DNA of 63,818 nucleotides, filler included, from Octopus bimaculoides (lineage: Eukaryota): assembly GCF_001194135.2 (NCBI RefSeq). It is 8 parts of 7 records of this genome, joined end to end, with 100 filler letters (N's around TTAATTAATTAA, not from the genome) between each part and the next. Parts side by side here need not be neighbours in the genome. Positions count along the whole stretch, not along the records: positions 48,273 to 57,395 come from NC_068991.1; positions 57,496 to 59,727 come from NW_026334788.1; positions 59,828 to 62,604 come from NC_068981.1; positions 62,705 to 63,818 come from NC_068987.1; 4 more parts are not named here. One strand, given 5' to 3'. This document shows positions 54,805-63,818 of this stretch, piece by piece (the stretch's first letter is position 1; every line of letters starts with the position of its first letter). Under the pieces are notes generated by a model, which saw only the letters and a program-made list of their open reading frames with translations, had not been told where the DNA came from and did no database searches. The position numbers and the translations under genes are program-made.

Positions 54805-55830
54805 CACTTTTTCCATGACAGTAGATAATTTTTTAATTCCACAACGTATCTCCTGCAACTCTTCTGGACGGTCTCCTTGTTTAAGTTGGTCAATGCTGCC
54901 ATAATCCTTGCCTTCAGTTCATATTTGGTGTTACAAGGAGTTTTGTTGGTCTCTCGCTCAACTGTGCCCCACACATAGTAATCAAGGGGGTTGCAGACTT
55001 GGGAGTTAGGTGGCCAGATGTTAGGGGTGGTTTGGTCGCAGAAATTGTCTGACAGCCATGTCTGGGTTCTCCTGCTTGTGTGGCATGGTGCAGAGTCCTG
55101 TTGTCAAACATAGGGTTTTCCAGCAGCCACTCTCTTGACCCTAGACAACACTACCTCCTCCAGAGATTTGATGTAGGCCTCTGAGTTGAATCTGAGGCCT
55201 TGTGGGACGATGAATGGAGGCATAATATTACCATCACTAGTGATTTCTCCAAACACTATGATGTGAACTGGATGTTTGATTTTTATCACTCTCGGTACAT
55301 GCTTTGAAGACACGGCAAGCCAACGGTCGTTTTGTGTTTACCATCTGATCTTGGCAGAAATTTTTCTCGTCTGAGAAAAACCAAGGCATGTTCGGTTGGA
55401 GGAAATGCTTGAGTTTATTCAAAAGCTTCGTAGCGTGGTCTTTCCTCTTGTCCTTGATGGCTTCGGCTAAAAATTGTCTCTTTCTCATCTTGTATGAGGA
55501 ATACTGAATGTCTTCATGCACTACCTGACAAAAAACTCAGACTCTCCCATGTCCCTGGTGAATGACCTGATTGACTATGTCAATCATAGTCTGGATCTTA
55601 TTAACAAATTCGGGAGTTCTTTTCTTATTAGAACGATCAGAATTGTCGTACCTTCGTAATCATCATTAGACACATTGACTCTTTCCGAATCATCTGCACT
55701 GTCCTCAGATTGACTCCCAAACTCTCTGAAATGTTCGTGTTAGAGCTTCCGGCTAGAATTCCAAGCAGTACAACATGTCGTTTCCACATTTCTGGCAGAG
55801 TGAATTGCGTCATGGCACTGTTTTTTTTTA
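54805..55830 (-). mobile_element. Tc1/mariner superfamily transposase remnant, DD37D (maT-type)
   Basis: WFFSDEKNF; QQDSAPCHTSRRTQTWLSDNFCDQTTPNIWPPNSQVCNPLDYYVWG has 37 residues between the two Asp; stops and frameshifts present. Confidence 0.85.
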
Positions 55831-56607
55831 TCACAGACGGTGCCCAACAGACTCTACTATACTGTGTAATCAACAAAATCAAAAACCAACAATGTACATG
55901 CATGAAAATCAAAATATAACATGGCGACAATTTACCCATCGCACCCCCCTCTCTCGCTATATATATATACACACACATACATACACACTGTTGCTTGTGT
56001 ACCTTGAGATATTCGTTCTCTGTAACATAACGCAATAAGGTGTTCTCTGTTGATCAGTAGCGGTTAAGCATTTAAATGCTCTTGGAACATTCAGAAACGT
56101 ATGTAGGAACCGATGATATAAACCTGTGTTTATTGTAATCCACCCCGCCATATATATATATATATATATATATANNNNNNNNNNNNNNNNNNNNNNNNNN
56201 NNNNNNNNNNNNNNNNNNNNNNNNNNNNNNNNNNNNNNNNNNNNNNNNNNNNNNNNNNNNNNNNNNNNNNNNNNNNNNNNNNNNNNNNNNNNNNNNNNNN
56301 NNNNNNNNNNNNNNNNNNNNNNNNNNNNNNNNNNNNNNNNNNNNNNNNNNNNNNNNNNNNNNNNNNNNNNNNNNNNNNNNNNNNNNNNNNNNNNNNNNNN
56401 NNNNNNNNNNNNNNNNNNNNNNNNNNNNNNNNNNNNNNNNNNNNNNNNNNNNNNNNNNNNNNNNNNNNNNNNNNNNNNNNNNNNNNNNNNNNNNNNNNNN
56501 NNNNNNNNNNNNNNNNNNNNNNNNNNNNNNNNNNNNNNNNNNNNNNNNNNNNNNNNNNNNNNNNNNNNNNNNNNNNNNNNNNNNNNNNNNNNNNNNNNNN
56601 NNNNNNN

Positions 56608-56661
<54 letters not shown>

Positions 56662-57356
56662 TAAACGCATTCCGACATAAACATATACTTTATTTTAGTG
56701 GCTCTGGCGAAGCTAAATGGTGATGCACAAGCACTGAGCTCTGAGTGCACAGCTTGTTATATAACAGGAACAGACGTAAGCCAAGGAAATCAATTACGTA
56801 ATTCTGGTTCCCTTGTCATTTTATTTAATTTCACATTTCGCTCCGTACCAACCAGATGCTTTACTCTAATGCATCCGCATACTAAGTTCTAACAGCAGTT
56901 TATTACTATCGCTACATATATGTAAATATACATATCATTTGCATGATTTATTCGAACACTTTCATCATACTTGGATCGTAAAAAATAAAAGATGAATCTA
57001 GCAACAGCTTTGTTGTTCTCAACATGAATCATCTGTGCATGTTGTAAATATGTAAATATAAAATATGGAAGCATGTAAGTATATAAATAGGAAAATATGT
57101 AACATGCAACATAAAATACCGAATTCTGCCATCGAACGCGTTCAGTAACTTTTTTGATTTGCATACATCCTTGTGCACTGATAAAAGGATTGCTGCAGTA
57201 CATATACATACATACATACGTACATACATACATACATACAGACATACACAAACACACACGCACGCACACACACACACACACACACACGCACGCACGCACG
57301 TACGCACGCATACCTACCTACCGACCTACCTACCTACTGCCTACATACATATATGC

Positions 57357-57395
<39 letters not shown>

Positions 57396-58787
57396 NNNNN
57401 NNNNNNNNNNNNNNNNNNNNNNNNNNNNNNNNNNNNNNNTTAATTAATTAANNNNNNNNNNNNNNNNNNNNNNNNNNNNNNNNNNNNNNNNNNNNAGGCA
57501 TGGTGTTACATCATACCTTCTCTCCTTTAATTTTCCCTGTCTTTTGTACACTGTGTAATTATTCTCCATTAATATCGATATCTATGTATTTATACTTGAA
57601 TATTCATCGTCTAAAAATTTTCAGTCTTTCCCTTCTTTATATATATATAAAGAAAGCTTAGAGGTCACTTAATCGAACATATCAGGGGCTCCCTTTCTTG
57701 CAGCTTCTTTCATGACTGATTCTTCCTATGATTGAATTATATATATATAATTATGCATATAAATATACGTGTACACAGCATATACATACATAAACGCACT
57801 TGATATATATATATATATATAAGAAAATGTTACTATGGTTATAACCGACGTACTTGAGAGAAAGACCAAACCTTGAAGTTACGGACAAATCGGACAAATT
57901 TTCTGCAGGACGTGAAAGCAAAAGACTTGCATCGTGTCTGGAGTAGTTGCAGCTGCGTCCGTTTTGTTTTGTTGGTTGAGAGAGAATCTTGCTATAGTGT
58001 GGACTAAATGAAACCGGACCTTCTTTGGTAGCATCAATGCTACTGCTTGTAACCGCCCTGGTGGAAGTGGTACTGTCAAAGTGTTGTCGTCTTCGAAATC
58101 TCTTTGCTATGATTTTTCAAAAATGAGTAACCCTGTGATGGAACGGAGGGAGGGGAGGCGTGAANNNNNNNNNNNNNNNNNNNNNNNNNNNNNNNNNNNN
58201 NNNNNNNNNNNNNNNNNNNNNNNNNNNNNNNNNNNNNNNNNNNNNNNNNNNNNNNNNNNNNNNNNNNNNNNNNNNNNNNNNNNNNNNNNNNNNNNNNNNN
58301 NNNNNNNNNNNNNNNNNNNNNNNNNNNNNNNNNNNNNNNNNNNNNNNNNNNNNNNNNNNNNNNNNNNNNNNNNNNNNNNNNNNNNNNNNNNNNNNNNNNN
58401 NNNNNNNNNNNNNNNNNNNNNNNNNNNNNNNNNNNNNNNNNNNNNNNNNNNNNNNNNNNNNNNNNNNNNNNNNNNNNNNNNNNNNNNNNNNNNNNNNNNN
58501 NNNNNNNNNNNNNNNNNNNNNNNNNNNNNNNNNNNNNNNNNNNNNNNNNNNNNNNNNNNNNNNNNNNNNNNNNNNNNNNNNNNNNNNNNNNNNNNNNNNN
58601 NNNNNNNNNNNNNNNNNNNNNNNNNNNNNNNNNNNNNNNNNNNNNNNNNNNNNNNNNNNNNNNNNNNNNNNNNNNNNNNNNNNNNNNNNNNNNNNNNNNN
58701 NNNNNNNNNNNNNNNNNNNNNNNNNNNNNNNNNNNNNNNNNNNNNNNNNNNNNNNNNNNNNNNNNNNNNNNNNNNNNNNNNNNNNNN

Positions 58788-58880
58788 CTGGAAAGTTCAG
58801 GCAACTTCCTGGAAAGTTCCGCGTACGGAAGGTACTTCCTGGAAAGTTCCGAAGAGGAGAGGAACTTCCTGGAAAGTTCT
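58788..58880 (+). repeat. Array of 17-nt ACTTCCTGGAAAGTTCY cores with variable spacers
   Basis: Cores at 58804, 58834 and 58864 (30-bp period) plus a partial core at the gap edge. Confidence 0.85.
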
Positions 58881-59096
58881 CAGGCGAGGAAGGGGTGGAG
58901 GGGGAAAAGCAACTGCAGAAGTTCTTAGAATTTTGGTCGTCGTAATGCTTTGCTTTCGTTTGTTTAATAAAAATTTCTCGTATTATGATTTTGCCTTCAT
59001 TTTGTGCAGAAAATGCCAACTTCTAAATTCTGTTTTCTGATTAGGTGAAAATGATTAAACTTTAAACCTCAGTAACATTTTTCTACAATAAGTATG

Positions 59097-59130
<34 letters not shown>

Positions 59131-59827
59131 CCAGGCACGTGTTGTCAGTAATTACTCAGGGTAGGCAGTTGGTGATATTTATGTAGTAAAACACGCAAAA
59201 AATAAATGAAACACAGCGCGCGACTGAGTGGGAGCCAGATTTATTTCTGCCTTTATAGTACGTAAAGAAAACGGTACTGTAGGAATGTACACAGCACATG
59301 TACTACAGCAGTACTATGCGCAGCTTAGATACTGAGATTGAAAGAGCGGGGCGAATTATGCCTACCTAGTCTACAAAGAATAAAATATTTTGCATTTTAT
59401 GCATAGTAATCATTTTATTGAATTAGGTGCATATTTTGCCAAAGAAGGAAAATGTTGCTATCGATCTATTTTATTCAAGATAGGCACTGCCTACCTTGGC
59501 GTCACGTCCTTATTATGTATGTACGTACGTATGTATGTATGTATGTATGTATGTATGTATGCATGTATGTATGTATGTATGTATGTATGTGTGTGAGTGT
59601 TTATTTACGATGGACAGCAGAAAAGAGTTCACTTGTCACAAATTGTTGTCAACTTACTCACACTCTCCTTAAAACTATGTATTCGTCACACTCACCTTTG
59701 TTTCCCTTCATGAACGTTTTAAAAGCTNNNNNNNNNNNNNNNNNNNNNNNNNNNNNNNNNNNNNNNNNNNNTTAATTAATTAANNNNNNNNNNNNNNNNN
59801 NNNNNNNNNNNNNNNNNNNNNNNNNNN

Positions 59828-59870
<43 letters not shown>

Positions 59871-60759
59871 TTTATATGTATAAATGTCTAAATATATATT
59901 ATTGTATTACGCGTATCCATGTAAACACCTAAGTGTATATGAGGAGAAGGTTGCGTACACATATATATATACATGTGTGCGTGTGTCCGTGGATATATGT
60001 GTATGTATGAGTACGTACATACACATATATGTTTGTGTGTGTGTGTGTGCATGAACATATACATATTTGTGAGAGTGTGTACGTATGTAGACGTTGTGAA
60101 CGCAGGATGTTTATGTCTATGTATTGTGAGAACATGGTTACGAGTATTTTTTCTGTTTTTCTTTTTTTTCTTTTTCTACGTATTAGAGTAACTTCCCTGA
60201 CGAAGGGAAATAGCCCTAAAACTCGAGTCGCCTTTATATATATATATTTATATTTATATATTTATATATTTGATCCTTTATATTGAACACTCAATATTTC
60301 ATCTACATTCAATACTTTCTTTCATGGTGCCATCCATTTTTATTTTATTTTATTTTATATTGTATATTCCATATTCTATACCCCACATTAGTTCTGCAGG
60401 AATATAAATAAAACATAAAAAACAGACAGTGTTGGAACTCTTTTAAGCAAAATAATATATNNNNNNNNNNNNNNNNNNNNNNNNNNNNNNNNNNNNNNNN
60501 NNNNNNNNNNNNNNNNNNNNNNNNNNNNNNNNNNNNNNNNNNNNNNNNNNNNNNNNNNNNNNNNNNNNNNNNNNNNNNNNNNNNNNNNNNNNNNNNNNNN
60601 NNNNNNNNNNNNNNNNNNNNNNNNNNNNNNNNNNNNNNNNNNNNNNNNNNNNNNNNNNNNNNNNNNNNNNNNNNNNNNNNNNNNNNNNNNNNNNNNNNNN
60701 NNNNNNNNNNNNNNNNNNNNNNNNNNNNNNNNNNNNNNNNNNNNNNNNNNNNNNNNNNN

Positions 60760-60802
<43 letters not shown>

Positions 60803-60869
60803 ATATATATATAACACCCTTTTAAACATTGTTTGTTCTATTAAGTAATGATCTGAGAGAATCGTCGGT

Positions 60870-61960
60870 GTCATCTTAACAGTATGGATGAGCACTACGT
60901 TATTTCTGAAGTAAATGTCCAAGACATTTTTCCCCTTGTTCGGTGGAGTACAATTTGCTCCATAAAAAGCATATCAGTGAGGTCGAGCAGAAATTCTGCT
61001 TGCCTCTGTTCATGCCTATATATAGAATATAAATATATAGACATAGATTTACAAAAGAATATTTACAAATCCTATAGAAAGCAGACTTAGTTATATTAAT
61101 GTAGGTTCCTCCCGCCCACCCCATAGTGTTTTAGAATTTAGTTAAGAATATTAGTAGGAGAATTTCTAGATTCTCCTCTAATATAAACATATTTAATAAT
61201 GCTGCCCCACTATATAACAATACCCTAAAAGCTAGTGGATTTAAAGAGGTAATAGCTTACACATCTACTATTAGGCCAGAAATAAAGAAAACATAGATAC
61301 AGGAAAATTATCTGGTTCTCACCCCCTTACTTTCATGACGTGACCTTTAATATAGGTAAATATTTCTCGTCAGTTATTGATAAACATTTCCAATACATCA
61401 TAAGTATAGAAAACTTAATAATAGGCATAACCTAAAAATTAGTTTTAGTTTAGTTTAGTTCAACCTCAAGATTTAAAACCATAATTGCACACAATGCAAT
61501 AAAACAACACGCAGCCGGCTGTTCCAGCAGGCATATAGACTTGCGCCCATTAAATGGAGCCTGTATGACCGAGGCCATTATTTATGAAGCCACCGTAAAT
61601 TCTACGAACGCTGATAATACAGTTTCAATTAAGAGATATGTGGGTCTCACGGAGGGAAATTTCAAAGCAAGGTTCAACAATCACACCTTAAGCTTCAGAC
61701 ACTGGAATAAATGGAAACTACCAAATTATCTAGTTGTTGACACCTTATTCTTAAATTAACAAGGATTCAACTACAGGATTTACTGGAAGATCTTAGCCAA
61801 GTGTAAGTAAACGTTATAACAGCGGTAGTGGCAAGTGCCGTCTTTGTAATATGGAAAGATGACTCATCTGGAAAAGTTCTTTGAACCCCACTACATGTCT
61901 AACTTCAAGAATTTAACCTTTTGGATCATGTCCACATGTAGCAAAATACCTGTTACGGTT
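60870..61960 (+). mobile_element. Penelope-like element, RT thumb to GIY-YIG endonuclease, degenerate
   Basis: IWFSPPYFHDVTFNIGKYFSSVIDKHF; PLNGACMTEAIIYEATV..YVGLTEGNFKARFNNHTLSFRH; WKILAK..YNSGSGKCRLCNMEK. Confidence 0.85.
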
Positions 61961-62454
61961 TTGGGCCCCCAAGATCACGGCTAGAATCCACATTTTTACT
62001 ATATTCTTGCACAAGCTTCGCATATGTCTTAACTTCCATTAATTCTTTTATCTTTTATATTTTATATATATGTTTGTGTGTATGTGCATGTACGTATGCA
62101 TGTTTGTGTGAGTATGTACGTATGTAGATGTTGGGAACGCAGGAGTTTTATGTCTATGTATTTTGAGAATATGATTACGTGTATTTTTTCTGTTTTCTGG
62201 GTTTTTTCCTGCCTATTAGAGTAACTTCCTTTTCATCCAACGGTTTTTCATAGTGTCTGTTGCCATTAACAGCCGATGAGAATGCATCGGAGGTCTTCGA
62301 TCCGACCTTCGAAACTCCGAGTACTATAATGACAACCTTTTATTGTTTGTTCTAACTTATAACATATATGCACATACATATATATTTACATAGGTACCGT
62401 TGACTGAACACTATTCAATTTTTTTTCTCCGTGTTTTTCTCCTTGTCTCCGTAT

Positions 62455-62491
62455 TCTTTCTGTTGAAGAGCGTAGCTCGAAACGTCAAAGA
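62455..62491 (+). ncRNA. HHR-like motif, A6U core variant
   Basis: Stem I TCTTT/AAAGA; CTGTTGA; extra A; stem II GAGC-GTA-GCTC; GAA-ACGT-C. Confidence 0.45.
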
Positions 62492-62704
62492 CTTTCCGTA
62501 TTCCCGAGCGTCATACTAATATATACTTTTGTTATTTACACCACCTGTCCTCGTCTGTTGTTATTATTTGTATATTCTCCCATATATATATATATATATA
62601 TATANNNNNNNNNNNNNNNNNNNNNNNNNNNNNNNNNNNNNNNNNNNNTTAATTAATTAANNNNNNNNNNNNNNNNNNNNNNNNNNNNNNNNNNNNNNNN
62701 NNNN

Positions 62705-62890
62705 CATCCACAGTAGTGGTTGAATATATTCTTAAGTCCACCATTTCCTCAATCACAGCAGCTTCCAAGCTTCACCACTAATTGAGTTCTGAACTAAGTT
62801 GCAAACTGTTAACAGTTTTAAAGAGGACACCTCCTCAGCTACACTTTGGCATCAATAGTTTGAGATTTGGTTCTGTAGAAAAAAAAGTTA
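62705..62890 (-). repeat. Dispersed repeat, inverted copy of about 5255-5430
   Basis: High by-eye identity, e.g. GCCAAAGTGTAGCTGAGGAGGTGTCCTCTTTAAAACTGTTAACAGTTTGCAA. Confidence 0.8.
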
Positions 62891-63184
62891 CAAAAATTAG
62901 TAGAATAAAAGTTAAGGGGTAAAATGACACGAAATTTTATGTCAGTAAGTAAGGAAGTAAGAAATAACGCTTAAGCAATAAGAATAAAGAATATATTGCT
63001 AAGATGAATACTTAAATTCTAAGGTGGTGAGCTGTCAGAAACGTTATCTCGCCGGATGAAAAGCTTAGCGGTATTTCACCTGTGTTTATGTTTTGAGTTC
63101 AAATTCCACCGTAATCCACTTTTCCTTTTATCCATTTCCGATCTATTCAATTTGACGTACAGATTATTTAATAATTTATTCTTT

Positions 63185-63385
63185 TAACTAAACACTTTGA
63201 AACTTCCGATACTGGTACAATGTGCCACATATAACAGGGTTTAATCTTAACGCTTTTGACGAAATTTTGTATTTTAGCAGTTATTTCGTCGCAAGTTACA
63301 GTGACAATGGAAAATTCGTGTTTGATAAGTGCCGATACATGAAACTCTCAGATTTTGACTTACTCTCTCACTTCTGCTGCTGATA
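63185..63385 (-). repeat. Dispersed repeat, inverted copy of about 4697-4880
   Basis: Reverse-complement match by eye; related pieces at about 23570-23630 and 48550-48620. Confidence 0.7.
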
Positions 63386-63818
63386 TATATACGTATCATA
63401 CATATATATGTAAAAAAGTCTCATCACGCAATCAAACCAATACAAGAGCCTCTACCTGGTCGCTCGACACGCTAAAAATAGCAGCCAATGTATCCCCCTA
63501 CCTAAATCACACGTCCAATGTCTTTGATGATAGATCTGCTGTACCTGGGTTGATTTGTGGCTAAATAACATTATATGTAAATTTCTAGAACACCCGCACG
63601 ATTTTCACTGAGAAAAAAACTAAAAAAATGGATTTTTTGCGTGGAATCAAAGTACCCTGACCTCCTAACATGCTGCAAGTTCCTTATTTTACTTCGGAAA
63701 AAAATATGGATGGGGCGAGGGTGGTATCCGCCCCACCCATCCCAGGAATCATTGGAAATATGATTGATTAATAATTATTTAGGGAGAAAATTCATAAATT
63801 AAAAAAATCAACAAGATT

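Noticed and set aside
58008-58033. ATG AAA CCG GAC CTT CTT TG|GTAGC as an alternative phase-2 PKC first exon
   Set aside because: Weak donor and no homology support; likely chance.
58788-58880. CRISPR-like repeat-spacer appearance
   Set aside because: Repeat (17 nt) and spacers (13 nt) are too short, the context is eukaryotic, and no cas genes are present. Kept only as a motif array.

Overview
AT-rich, gap-ridden, microsatellite-dense animal genomic scaffold. The SINE/LINE repertoire looks like an octopod cephalopod (Octopus-like); this is an inference from recalled repeat families, not a database hit. Only two host coding exons are well supported, both on the + strand. One is the first coding exon of a conventional protein kinase C (8589-8737: pseudosubstrate plus start of C1A). 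The other is an internal exon of LIX1/LIX1L/lowfat (30758-30898). No further exon of either gene was recognised, so LIX1L is either nested in a very large PKC intron 1 or the scaffold is misjoined. The rest is mostly mobile DNA: several tRNA-derived SINE families, RTE LINE fragments (some with a PHD finger inserted inside the RT region), Penelope-like (PLE) RT and GIY-YIG fragments, Gypsy remnants, a DD37D (maT) transposase remnant, and hAT and mariner MITEs with clean TSDs. The most interesting signal is a set of minimal type I hammerhead ribozyme (HHR)-like motifs in several different short repeat families. They include a Pol III tRNA-head SINE carrying a sense HHR and present as a fold-back inverted dimer (1638-2106), and a family with a shared A6->U core variant. 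Other observations: a CpG-depleted block of about 11 kb, a candidate 11-nt microexon, a phased TTCCTGGAA array and an interstitial (TTAGGG)4. Most ORFs in the supplied track are artefacts of N-runs and microsatellites. All counts and identities are by eye.
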